Assembly (NCBI GenBank): GCA_951406725.2
Contig: OX597827.1
Coordinates: 65,410,001-65,474,000, forward strand
Reading direction: 5' to 3'
Length of the DNA stretch: 64,000 bases
Source: Octopus vulgaris
Lineage: Eukaryota
How positions within the stretch are numbered: position 1 is the stretch's first letter; the number at the start of each line of letters is the position of its first letter. Position numbers and translations under genes: made by a program. A model generated the notes under the pieces. That model was not told the DNA's origin and did no database searches. It was given only the letters and a program-made list of their open reading frames with translations. This document shows positions 13,153 to 27,130 of this stretch, in pieces.

Positions 13153-14149
13153 ATTGACTAAGTTCTTCAAAGTCGAATATATGTCGAGATAGAAAACGAT
13201 CACGCCTAGAGGTGGGTAAGTATTAGAGATTGCATTGTTCTTAATGTAACAAACGATTAAAAAAAATTATTGATACTATAAGTATCTAAGCTGCGGATAC
13301 ATATTTGATAGTAACGTGATGTGGAGTCGTTCCCAGCATCAGTATGTATTCATGTATTGCCATTTTCTTTACACGAATCATCCGTCTACATCCGATAGCT
13401 TTTGTTTGTAGACAGTCTTATGATTAGAAGAAGCGCATAAGTTTGAGACAGCAGATAAGAAGGATTTTGTAATTCCATAATTTGACTCGTCCTGGAAAGT
13501 TTCCTTCGATTGATATTGGTTGTGATAATATTCAACTCTCTTCTTATGAAATATGATGGCTATGGCTTACGAATTAATGTTTATTGGGAAACTTTAAGAA
13601 AATCTTGACGGCTATGGTATCTACATTTATACTATAATGTGTATTATATCATGTAATATTCCTTGTGCTATTTTGACGTTTATGAATATTAGTGATGTTC
13701 TCTATATAATATTAAGTTATGCTGTTCCTATTAAAATCACCTAATGTTTCTAGAATAATTAGGGTGAAGGAGTGAATTTACATAATTATATAGGAATATC
13801 TACTTACGTCTACTACAAAGAAATGCTTACTTGTAAGTATGCATAGACGTATACCCAGGGAAATAATTACGTACCTCTGCACCTGCAGAGAACAGCCTTC
13901 TTTAAAAGGTTGAGGAATAACAGCTTCTATGGAACAGCCATTCAAATTCCTCTAATGAATAATCCATCAGGTTTGTAACTTGCAGAACAAAGTATTTTGA
14001 GAAGTAATCCTAAAACAAATGACATCTTTATGTACAATTACCTACTCGTGTATCAATGTATTCCAAATATTTTCCTTGAGGTATTGGCAGGCTGTTTTTT
14101 GAATTCAGTATTAAAACTTATTTAAATCGATTTAAATTCGTATCAAACA

Positions 14150-14290
14150 TGCATGCTGTTTTTTGGATGGAAAAAATATGAATTCTGTCGACGAGGTCAG
14201 AACCATAGTGGAGGAGTACTTTTCGTCACGGAGAAGTGAATTTTGGAAGAGATGCCTTGCAGAACATTGCAGAAAATGAAGAAAATTATA
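14150..14290 (+). mobile_element. Mariner transposase C-terminal fragment
   Basis: Translates LDGKNMNSVDEVRTIVEEYFSSRRSEFWKRCL, resembling the mariner C-terminal L.G..F.S..EV...V..YF....EF pattern. Confidence 0.6.
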
Positions 14291-14459
14291 ATGGACATAG
14301 GTTCGTGTGTCACATAGGTAGCTAGAGGCGATGGCCTCTGGGAGCTAATCAACAGCTGGAAACAGCTGTAAATGTCTATCTAAACCTTCTATTATGGACC
14401 TATATTATACAGGCTTGTCAAGTCTTGTTGGTCTGTTTGCCTTTACATTTCTACTCTAA

Positions 14460-16310
<1,851 letters not shown>

Positions 16311-16725
16311 CCAGTCAAAATTTCTGTTTGTATCTCATATCAAATCTTATTTGATACGTATATAATTCTCTCTCCGATCTCCTATCCGTTTCCCTATATT
16401 TTATTTCGTCTCTCTCATCAATATTTCATTGTACATCATTATGTCTCATTAGAGTAAATACGATTTTGTAAAATTGTTTAGAACCATATATATTCATTGT
16501 CTCCAATGAAAAATGACGGTTTGGGACTTTCCATTCTGAGAATGAACTCTCTTTAGAATACTTGGTCGGTTCGTCTGGTAGCAGAGGGATGATGGTGGTC
16601 TTAGTGAAATATCAGGTCACGGTTAATACGTGAACTTAGCACAAATACAAATTTGGTATGCATTACACACACACTCACATACACACACACACAAACACAA
16701 GCACACACACACAAACACACACACA

Positions 16726-16766
<41 letters not shown>

Positions 16767-16900
16767 ATACACACAAATACGTTCTTGTATTTTAAATACT
16801 AAATAGATTTATAGGTATACAAATATACGCAAATACAAGCATAAAAACATACACTCTAATAGTTATACAGAGTTAGGGAAGCGGCAGGTCTTGATAGGTA

Positions 16901-17630
16901 TACGAAGCCTGATCAATAGGTATCCGCAATGCTGTTATAGTAACAAAGCTAAAGCTCTCAGAGTGAAGCCGCTTGCCAAAGATTGGACCTTGAACGCTGC
17001 TGTGTACTTGCACTAAGTTTTACCGTTGTAGCTAACTTCCGCTTAGAAGGAAGGTGTGTAGCTGGTGATCATGGCATTGACCATGAGATAGAAAGCTGTC
17101 CTGGCGATACCTGCTCAGAGGCCTACGCAAAGTTGTAGGAAGTGTATGGGAAGGAGTGTATGAGCCGCACACAAGTGTACGAGAATTTCAGATGTGCCCA
17201 AGAGGGCGGGAAAAATATTGATGAACGTTCTGGGGGACCTGCAACCAGCAGAACCGAGAAAAACATCACAAATGTGCGTGCAGCTGTGAGGGTTAAATCA
17301 TCCAATCATTATCCGTGAGTAATCAAAGGAAGTGCAGATTAATTGCGGTTCCCATCAGTCCATTATCACTGAAGATTTGAGTCGAGATGCATGTCTGACA
17401 AGTGAGTGACAAAACTGCTTGCAGCTGACCAAAAGGACACTCGGGCTTTAGTTTGCACAAGACCGTCTTGATTGTTTTGAGAACGACGAAAAGAGTTTGA
17501 AAACTTTGCGGAGGTCTTGGAGCAGGTATCGCCAAGCTTTTGGCAAAATTTTATAAAGATTCTCTGCTCAACTTTCTCTGTAGAGGTCAATGCATAGACC
17601 ACACGCTACACACCTTCACTCCAAGCAAGG
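16901..17630 (+). mobile_element. Decayed mariner element (5' TIR + HTH-coding part) fused to an inverted copy of its 5' coding region (about 17500-17630)
   Basis: Starts ta-cgaagcctgatcaata. Plus strand gives GDTCSEAYAKL*EVYGKECMSRTQVYE...DERSGGPATSRTEKNITNVR. Minus strand gives EQRIFIKFCQKLGDTCSKTSAK. Confidence 0.75.
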
Positions 17631-18159
17631 TTCTAAATTGGAGAAGTTTAGCACTTACAGCTCCTCCATAGTATCCAGGTTTATGGACCTCTGGTGAACG
17701 GTTGTGGTTGACAGGCACTGAGGCAGTTTGAGACTTCCTTCTATTGTTACATTTGTTGTATTTCAACAGTATTTAGACATTTCACTATTCCGCAACTCGT
17801 CCTCCTCCTTCTCACTGTATGTTCTTATTTCCGTACAGAATTTAATTTGGTAGAACAGGCTTTCTGTTAAGAGCATGAACAAAATTTGACGTCGAGGAAC
17901 TCTCGAAGCATTAAGCATTTCCCCAGTTTCAGTGCCTGGAGTCTCAGATCTTCACTCTGTAATATACTGCCCTCCTTTATAAATGGTGTAGGTAATGCCT
18001 AGCGATTTATTTCAATATAAATGCCTACAAGAAAGAAAAACAGAGGCGGCTATATCATGAAATATACTTAAACGTAATGCGTAGGGACACACATATACAA
18101 GCAAGAGGAGTATTGAATTTGTGAAATAACTGCGGTGTTTCCATCATCTCTGCTATCGC

Positions 18160-18181
18160 CGTATATGTGTGTGTGTATATA

Positions 18182-18228
<47 letters not shown>

Positions 18229-18271
18229 GCACAGATATGTGTACACACACGTGCATATGTACGTACATACG

Positions 18272-18318
<47 letters not shown>

Positions 18319-18445
18319 TAATAAAAGTTATATATATACATATGATAAAGGAATATATATATATATTATATATATTTATACATATACATATATGTATATA
18401 TGTATATACATATATGTATATACGTATATATGAATTTGTGAGTAC

Positions 18446-18497
<52 letters not shown>

Positions 18498-19107
18498 GTA
18501 TTTACACATACATATATATGTATATATATATCTATGCATTTATATTACTTACCCCCCCCACACACACAAACACACACTCACACAAACGCATACAATCATG
18601 CACAATCGCATACGCAACATACACACGTATGTTTGAACGAACAGTTAATATAATTGCGCTTTTCGTTGCGGCAGTTTGGATCAATCACAAGAACGCATAT
18701 GCTTCCTATTACTATTATGAAATGACATAAATATTACTCTCCTCGGATATTCTGTCTCCCATAATAGTCAGTATTCAGCTGTTAGTCTAAGTGGAAGTTA
18801 TACTAATTCCCTCGTATAATAAATTCATTGATATGCACACTGATTCACTCTATCTGATTTTATGTAGATGTATGTGTCCAGCTGGTTAAATCTAAGGTTG
18901 AATAAAGTTGTGACGCATATATTTGAGATCACGGCTGCAGGTAAATTACGATAAACATACAGGTGTACGTGAATATATACTTATATACATCAATCTGTGT
19001 ATGAATGTGGCATGCGTATGAATGCATTATATATATATGTATATGAATATTTTGATATATATGAATATAGCAATATATATTGATAAGTATATATAAGTGT
19101 GTATGTA

Positions 19108-19169
<62 letters not shown>

Positions 19170-19371
19170 CATATGCGCCTAAAACCTCACATGTGTTTAC
19201 ATGCTTTCATACACACTCCCCTATCAGCTCAACACACTCAATTATGTTATCATTCTAATTGGTATGATGGAAGTAAAACACACCCATTATCTATCAATAT
19301 CTACATCTGTATCCATATGTTCGTCCATTTTTGCTGCTAGATCTATCTATCTATCTATCTATCTATCTATG

Positions 19372-19418
<47 letters not shown>

Positions 19419-19623
19419 TTATCTCTCTCTATATCTATCTCTGTATTATCTCTCTATATATATATCTATCTATTTATTTATCTGTCTATCTAACTTGTCT
19501 GTCTGTCTATCTATCTATCTATCTATCTCTCTTTGTATCTATCTATCTTTCTGACTATGTCCTTCCATCAATCTGTCTTTCTGTATACATCAAATACACA
19601 CACAAATGCACACATGCATATAC

Positions 19624-19671
<48 letters not shown>

Positions 19672-19760
19672 CACACACATATACGATATATGCACACATA
19701 TATATACACACATAATATATATTCACATACACACTCACATGTATGTCTGTGCATATATAT

Positions 19761-19806
<46 letters not shown>

Positions 19807-19885
19807 ATATATATACACACACGCATACTCACACGCATATCTATCTATCTATCTATCTTTTTACACACACTCACACACACATGAA
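18160..19885. repeat. Compound microsatellite field (TA, AAT, CA, TATC)
   Basis: Direct reading. Confidence 0.9.
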
Positions 19886-20815
19886 ATCAGATTTTTTAGT
19901 ATATATCCATTTCTACACACACATAAGCTTGCAATAAGTGCGTATCATTTGCTCAATGTACATATCTAGCGCAGGATTATGATCCAATATATAATAATTT
20001 TATTGAGGTGGGATGGATATCATAATATCAATGCGACGTCAATATACAACATGGATTTATATTCAGAATTAGGATCCGAATTATTGTCACTCCTTACTGA
20101 AATTAGTTTAATGCATACACATGCGTAATTCCCACTTAACGTGACAGTAATATTAGATAAAGTTTAGAAACGTTCTGGTAGATATAATTCCTCGACTATG
20201 CTTTAATTCGATATTCCTCTTTAATATCAGAATTTATCTGTGCGTATGTGTACGAGCTCCTATTCAACACATACGCGTATTAAAACAGAAATGATATTCA
20301 CGGATACGTATAAGAACGCACAAGGGTATATACATTGAGTTGTTCGTGAGCTACGTGCGTATACACAAGTGCATACATGCATACACATGCAAACATCCGC
20401 ACAGACGTTTGACATGCGTCTCGTACTTGAATTGCTGGGTGGGTAATATAGAAGTATTTTCCATAAGAACAAATCAATTTTGTGTAATGTGGATAGAGAT
20501 GGTGTTATATATTTACAACAGCGATACGCTCTTTACAAACTACCTACGTTCATATATCATAGAAATTAAGGCAAGTGCACACAGGCATCCACATACAGGC
20601 AGACACACATACAAAAGCATGCATGCAGATATTCTTTGTGTGGGTGTTTTTGTAATATGTGTGCGTGTATATATATATGCATGTTTATAATACATAAGCG
20701 TATAAAACTTAGATAAAACTTAGATATGTTTCGACCAAAGGTTGGTCCAGGCCATGTCTAACTTAATAGCACCACTTGATAGGATTATCTTAATCCTGTT
20801 TCAGTCCTGTTTCAG

Positions 20816-22829
20816 TCAAGATCTCTGTCGGCACGATCTTTGATCTCTGTCGGGAGTCCTCTTTGATCTCTATCGGCACGATCTTTGATCTCTTTCGGGA
20901 CTCCTCTTTGATCTCTTCGGGACTCCTATTTGATATCTTAGATCTATGTCGGCACGCCCTTTCATCTCTGTCGGCACGACCTTTCATCTCTGTCGGCACC
21001 CTCTTTGATCTCTCTCGGCACGCCCTTTGATCTCTGTCGGCACGCCCTTTGATCTCTGTCGGCACGCCCTTTGATCTCTGTCGGCACCTTCTTTGATCCC
21101 TGTCGGCACACCTTTGATCTCTGTCGGCACGCCCTTTGAACTCTGTCGGCACGCCCTTTCATCTCTGTCGGCACCCTCTTTGATCTCTGTCGGTATCCTC
21201 TTTCATCTCTGTCGACACGCCCTTTGATCTCTGTCGGCACGCCCTTTCATCTCTGTCGGCACCCTCTTTGATCTCTGTCGGTATCCTCTTTCATCTCTGT
21301 CGACACGCCCTTTGATCTCTGTCAGCACGCCCTTTGATCTCTGTCAGCACGTCCTTTCATCTCTGTCGGCACGCCCTTTCATCTCTGTCGGCACACCCTT
21401 TCATCTCTGTCGGCACCCTCTTTGATCTCTGTCGGCACGCCCTTTGATCCCTCTCTCCACCCCCTTTGATCTCTGTAAGCACCCCCTTTGATCTCTTTCA
21501 GCACCCACTTTGATCTCTGTCGGCACCCCCTTTGATATCTGTCGACACGCCCTTTGATCTCTGTCGGCACCCCCTTTGATCTCTGTCGATACGCCCTTTG
21601 ATCTCTGTCGGCACGCCCTTTGATCTCTGTCGGCACGCCCTTTGATCTCTGTCGGCACGCCCTTTGATCTCTGTCGGCACGCCCTTTCATCTCTGTCGAC
21701 ACGCCCTTTGATCTCTGTCGGCACGCCCTTTGATCTCTGTCGGCACGCCCTTTGATCTCTGTCGGCACGCCCTTTGATCTCTGTCGGCACGCCCTTTGAT
21801 CTCTGTCGGCACGCCCTTTGATCTCTGTCGGCACGCCCTTTGATCTCTGTCGGCACGCCCTTTGATCTCTGTCGGCACGCCCTTTGATCTCTGTCGGCAC
21901 CTCTTAGATCTCTGTCGGCACGCCCTTTCATCTCTGTCGGCACGCCCTTTGATCTCTGTCGGCACGCCCTTTCATCTCTGTCGGCACCCTCTTTGATCTC
22001 TGTCGGTATCCTCTTTCTTCTCTGTCGACACGCCCTTTGATCTCTGTCAGCACGCCCTTTGATCTCTGTCAGCACGCCCTTTCATCTCTGTCGGCACGCC
22101 CTTTCATCTCTGTCGGCACGCCCTTTCATCTCTGTCGGCACCCTCTTTGATCTCTGTCGGCACGCCCTTTGATCCCTCTCTCCACCCCCTTTGATCTCTG
22201 TAAGCACCCCCTTTGATCTCTGTCGGCACCCTCTTTGATCTCTGTCGGCACCCCCTTTGATATCTGTCGGCACGCCCTTTGATCTCTGTCGGCACCCCCT
22301 TTGATCTCTGTCGACACGCCCTTTGATCTCTGTCGGCACCCTCTTTGATCTCTGTCGGCACGCCCTTTGATCTATGTCGGTATCCTCTTTCATCTCTGTC
22401 GGCACGCCCAGTGATCTCTGTCGGCACCCTCTTTGATCTCTGTCGGCACGCCCTTTGATCCCTCTCTCCACCACCTTTGATCTCTGTCGGCACGCTCTTA
22501 GATCTCTGTCGGCACGCCCTTTGATCTATGTCGGTATCCTCTTTCATCTCTGTCGGCACGCCCATTGATCTCTGTCGGCACCCTCTTTGATCTCTGTCGG
22601 CACGCCCTTTCATCTCTGTCGGCACGCCCTTTCATCTCTGTAAGCACCCCCTTTGATCTCTGTCGGCACCCTCTTTGATCTCTGTCGGCACCCCCTTTGA
22701 TCTCTGTCGGCACGCCCTTTGATCTCTGTCGACACTCTCTTTGATCTCTGTCGGCACGCCCTTTGATCTCTTTCGGCACCCTCTTTGATCTCTTTCGGTA
22801 CCCTCTTTGATCTCTTTCGGCATCCTCCT
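20816..22829. repeat. GC-rich 22-bp minisatellite, about 90 copies, consensus ccctttgatctctgtcggcacg
   Basis: Direct reading; variant units recur at a 725-bp offset. Confidence 0.97.
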
Positions 22830-23311
22830 GGTTCTCTTTATATATATATCTTTATATATTTAAAACTCAGAATGTGTTTTTGTCTGTCTGTCTGTTTCCC
22901 TAAAACTTGAGAACTAGACAACCAATTTCATTCAAATTTTACACATGCCTTACTTGGGGTCCATGTAGTTTCGTGGGTAAAAAACATGTTCAACTTCTTG
23001 CCTAGAGCGAGCCCATAGCAATATCATATCTTTTCCACTATTTCAGTATTACGTGTTAAAAGTGAAACAAAAACATTTCTCTATTTTATGTCAGATACTT
23101 TCTCTTTAACAATAAAAATAATAATAACAATTGAATTATATGTACTAATTAATAATTAAAATCAAACTAAAGTATAATATAATCGTAACATAAAAAAAGT
23201 AAAACTAGTAATTGTTATAAAATTGCATCATCGACTTGAACTTGAATTAGTGGTTTCACATGAATGGGAATAAATTAAAAATAAAATTAGCGTGCAGAAA
23301 TGGGATAGTGC

Positions 23312-25104
23312 AGATGGATAAAATTAGATTAAAGAAAAGACTATTGTCTATAAAGTATACAATGTAGAGAAAGGTCGCGTTTTTTTGCGCTCTGAAAAAT
23401 TCGGTAAAAAAGAACAAAAAGCGTTGTTGTTGTTGTGGAAATTCTGAACGGCGTTGACGCGGTTTCGCGTTTCGCTCGTTCAGCGCGTTACACTTTTTCT
23501 GTTTTGGCGGCCGTTCTCGGTCTGTCAGACAGAAGGAAATGGACTATGAGTCTTTAACAGACTTGTCCACGACAGATGAGGAACTGGAACAGGCAATTTC
23601 AGTGAAGCTGATGGAGGAAAAGGCTGGAGTTTTTGAGTCTTTATCAGACTTGCCTATGTCTGAGAAGGAGCTAGAAATGGCAGCAAGGAAATTGGAAGAC
23701 AAGCTGAGTTATACCTATGCCGGTGTAACCAAGAAGGCGGAAGAGAAAGGGGTCGACATGGTCAAGTTGCCAAGTTACCAGAAATACATGAAAAAGGAAA
23801 GCGGTGAGGTGGAACTATCACCGACACCCAGGAGAAAAGAATGGTATGATAAGAGGACCATTGTTTACAGGGTGTGCGCAAACGAAAGGAAGAGGGTAGA
23901 AGTTGTATCCATGGAATGGATAGAGGAAGCCCTGCGAAGAACTGAGGAGGAAATAAATTTTCTGACTCGAGGATCCAAGTACGGGACCGTAGTTGTGCAC
24001 TTTAAAAGTGAATCGGCAGCGAGGAAGATGGCAGCGAAGGCGGTGAAGTCGGAAAAGGTAACACTGTTACCTACGTATTTAAACAGGAGGATTACACGAA
24101 TAAGGGTGGAGGGAGTGCCACCAAACGTGGAGGCAGAATGGATTGTGGCGGCTGTGATCAGCGGCCACGAGGACGAAGTGGATATTCTCCATGCCTCGGT
24201 TAGGTCCGAGGGCTGGAGAGGCGTAGCGGTGGAGCTGAGCGTACAGGCGGAGACCGAGGTGCTGGTGGACCTGACGGGGAGCATCAGACTGGGAGAGGTG
24301 ATCATGAGAGTGTGGGTGGAGGGCGGGGCTCCGCGTTGTTGCAAGTGTGGCCTGAGGGGTCACATAGGAGCCTTCTGCCCTCCCCCAGGGAAGGAAGTGG
24401 ATCCCGGACCAGAGAGAGAGAGGCGGAAGCCGGAGGAGAGGGGGACAGAGGAAGAGAGTGCACAGAAATGGAAGGAAGCTGGAAGTAAGAGGAAGAGAAG
24501 AATACGTGGAAAAGAAAATAATATGGAACTCCAATCCACCCCAAAACCACCCACACCCTCTGAGTCCCACCCTATCCATGCAGACATTGAACCCACCCGC
24601 TCCCCCCCAACAAGAAAACAAAAGAAAAAAAGAATACACACACACAAGAGATTGAAATCGATATCAGGCCGTACATTTGTACTATGACTGAACAGAAAGA
24701 AGTTAAAATTCTAATGGAAGAGTATAAATGGTATGATGTTGGTGAGACTAGGTATGCTGTGATTGAAAAGAAGAACATAGGTGACTTTATGGTGATGTGT
24801 GAATGCGAGAATTGGGAGGTGAAAGATATAAGAATGAGCGATGAATTCGTGGAAAATATGGATGAGTATTTCGGAGTAAGAATGGATATGGAATTTATTC
24901 GTATTGGCAAAGAACATTCAAGTGACTATGAAAAACAAAGGACAGGTAAGTGATGCTGACGGACGGGGCCGTTGGTATCGCTTTCATTTAATCATTTTTT
25001 CGTTTAACAATTCATTTTCATAAAGTTTAATTATAATGTTCTATGTCCCCATGTTTTGTTATGTCCGCCATTCTTCGTAGCCCCTTAGTGGGTAATAAAA
25101 AAAA
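23312..25104 (+). mobile_element. ORF1-only (HAL1-like) retroelement, unit 1
   Basis: Direct repeat of 25106-26846, starting agatggataaaattagattaaag. Single ORF, U-rich 3' UTR, ends gtgggtaataaaaaaaa. Confidence 0.75.
23539..24953 (+). pseudogene. L1/Tx1 ORF1 (gag-like) protein with CCHC knuckle; one frameshift in an (AC)n run near 24640
   Basis: SYTYAGVTK, RIRVEGVPP, RVWVEGGAPRCCKCGLRGHIGAFC, basic and Pro-rich linker. ORF 24684-24953 matches the C-terminus of copy 2. Confidence 0.8.
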
Positions 25105-25105
25105 G

Positions 25106-26846
25106 AGATGGATAAAATTAGATTAAAGAAAAGACTATTGTCTATAAAGTATACAATGTAGAGAAAAAAGGTCGCGTTTTTTTGCGCTCAGTAAAATTCG
25201 GTTAAAAAAGAAAAAAGAACAAAAAGTGAATTGTGGTTGCGGAATTGGAACGTCGGTTGGTGCGGTTTCGCGTCGCACTGGTTCTGTGCGTCGCACGTTT
25301 TCTGTTCGGGAGGCCGTTTTTCGGTCTGAGGCGACTATGAGCCGCCTCTACCAAACGGATGAGATGGAAGGGAGAAATTTCTCTGAAAATTCGTCGACAT
25401 CTGAGAAGGAGTTGGCGGTGAAAAAAATGGAAAGCACCTACGCAGGTGTAACGAAGAAGTCAACAGAAAAAGAGATGGACCTGGCTAAGTTGACGGACTT
25501 CCAGGAGTTCATGAAGGAGGAGGAGCACGGAGAGGTTGAGCTGTTGCCTCTAGCAGGGCGCGGAGACTGGTTCTATCGTAGAACCATTAAATATGAAGTA
25601 TTTATGAATGGAGGTAGAAAGATGGAGGTGATTAACATGGAAGCAATTGAAGAGGCTTTCAAACAGACGGGAGAGGAAATTGTGTACATGACGAAAGGAT
25701 TAGAATATGGAGCCATAACGGTACAATTTAAAAGGGAGAAAGCAGCCAGGAATGTGGCAGCCAAGGTGGTGAATGCAGAAAAGTTTTACTTGTTCCCTTC
25801 GTATTTGAATAGAAGGACCACCAGAATTAGGGTGGAAGGAATACCTCCACACCTGGAGGGCGAATTAATAACGGCTGCGGTTATCAAGGGAAATGAGGAT
25901 AGGGTGGACATCCTCCACGCCATTATGAAGTATGAAGGCGTGAGAGGTGCCACACTGGTAATGAACATACAGACGGAGGCGGAAGTTATAGAGAGGCTTA
26001 CGGACAGTATAAGGACTGGAAATATTATTATGAGAGTGTGGGTGGAGGGTAGGGCGCCCAGGTGCTACAAGTGTGGCCTGAGGGGTCACATAAGAGCCTA
26101 CAGCCCTCCCCCACCAAAGGAAAAAGAAAAGGAAATCGTCGCGGAAGCCCCAAAAGAGGAAGAAACCAAAGAGAACCAAAGGGAAAAAGAAACGACAGAA
26201 GAAGAGGAGATGCAACAAGAGTGGGAAGAAGGAAGAAAAAAGAGAAAAAGAAAGAAAAAGAAAAACTGTGCGAAGCCCCAACCCACCCCAACACCACCCG
26301 TACCCTCTGAATCCCACCCTTCCCCCGCAGACAGTGAACCCACCCGCTCCCCTCCAACAAGAAAACAAAAGAAAAATAATAATACAGACAGACAAGAGTT
26401 TGAAAACGAACCCAGGCCGAACATTTATATTGTGACTGAACAGAAAGAGGTTGAAAGGGTAATGGAGGAGTATGAATGGTATGAAATGGATGGGACCAGA
26501 TATGCAGTGCTGGAAAAGAAGAATATAGATGAGTTTGTGTTGAGGTGTGAAAGGGAGAATTGGGAGGTGAAAGATACAAGAATGAGCGATGAATTCGTGG
26601 AATATATGGAGGACAGTTTCGGAGTAAGAATGGATATGGATGGTCTTCGTATTGGGAATGAACATTCAGGTGACAGTGAAAACAAAAGGACAGGTAAGTG
26701 ATGCTGGCGGAGGGGGCCGTTAGCATCGCTTTCATATTATCATTTTTTCATTTTCATTTGCTCATGAATTTAATCATATTGTTCTATGTCCCCCATGTTT
26801 TGTTATGTCCGCCATTCTTCGTAGCCCCTGGTGGGTAATAAAGAAA
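25106..26846 (+). mobile_element. ORF1-only (HAL1-like) retroelement, unit 2
   Basis: Tandem paralogue of unit 1; ends gtagcccctggtgggtaataaagaaa. Confidence 0.75.
25337..26701 (+). CDS. L1/Tx1 ORF1 (gag-like) protein, 454 aa from the first ATG; last knuckle Cys replaced by Ser
   Basis: Uninterrupted ORF; STYAGVTK, RIRVEGIPP, RVWVEGRAPRCYKCGLRGHIRAYS; colinear with copy 1. Confidence 0.8.
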   Translation: MSRLYQTDEMEGRNFSENSSTSEKELAVKKMESTYAGVTKKSTEKEMDLAKLTDFQEFMKEEEHGEVELLPLAGRGDWFYRRTIKYEVFMNGGRKMEVINMEAIEEAFKQTGEEIVYMTKGLEYGAITVQFKREKAARNVAAKVVNAEKFYLFPSYLNRRTTRIRVEGIPPHLEGELITAAVIKGNEDRVDILHAIMKYEGVRGATLVMNIQTEAEVIERLTDSIRTGNIIMRVWVEGRAPRCYKCGLRGHIRAYSPPPPKEKEKEIVAEAPKEEETKENQREKETTEEEEMQQEWEEGRKKRKRKKKKNCAKPQPTPTPPVPSESHPSPADSEPTRSPPTRKQKKNNNTDRQEFENEPRPNIYIVTEQKEVERVMEEYEWYEMDGTRYAVLEKKNIDEFVLRCERENWEVKDTRMSDEFVEYMEDSFGVRMDMDGLRIGNEHSGDSENKRTGK

Positions 26847-26850
26847 TAAC

Positions 26851-27130
26851 ATGGAAGAAAGCACCTTCGAAAAGTGTCTTGGTGCGACTATGAAAGGTAA
26901 ATTCGCCACAATAGAAGCAGGGTTCGAGTCAACGGAGCGTGCAAGGGAGTACTCGACTCGAATTTGCAAAGTGGAAATATATTATATTCTTACCTTTATA
27001 TCCGGGACGTCCTGGAAAAAAATTGAAAATGCCCCCCGCCAAACAAAAGTAGATGTAGGCTGGATTGTTGCCACACTTCTATACAAGAGGGAGGACAAGA
27101 TATTACAAGAAATTACAAGAGACGGGCTAA
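26851..27130 (+). pseudogene. Older diverged fragment of a related ORF1
   Basis: KGKFATIEAGFES...VDVGWIVATLL resembles RGSKYGTVVVHFKS...VEAEWIVAAVI of copy 1. Confidence 0.55.

Noticed and set aside
14337-14375. Hammerhead remnant (GAAA-cagctg-TA) upstream of (TA)n
   Set aside because: No CUGANGA-type core or stem I; at most a decayed relative of the 47380 family.
20790-22823. Minus-strand ORFs repeating PTEIKGRADRDQRACRQRSKGV
   Set aside because: A 22-bp unit cycles through all three frames; stops and frame changes are scattered and there is no unique coding flank.
20816-22829. CRISPR-like array
   Set aside because: Contiguous tandem units with no unique spacers; eukaryotic context; no cas genes.
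23818-26735. Long antisense ORFs over the ORF1 genes, and short ones over the PLE arms
   Set aside because: Shadows of purine-rich coding strands; low-complexity F/S/L peptides without motifs.
26699-26838. UGA readthrough or selenocysteine extension of ORF1 (copy 2 stays open to the TAA at the poly(A) signal)
   Set aside because: Copy 1 has a second TGA two codons later, so the extension is not conserved.
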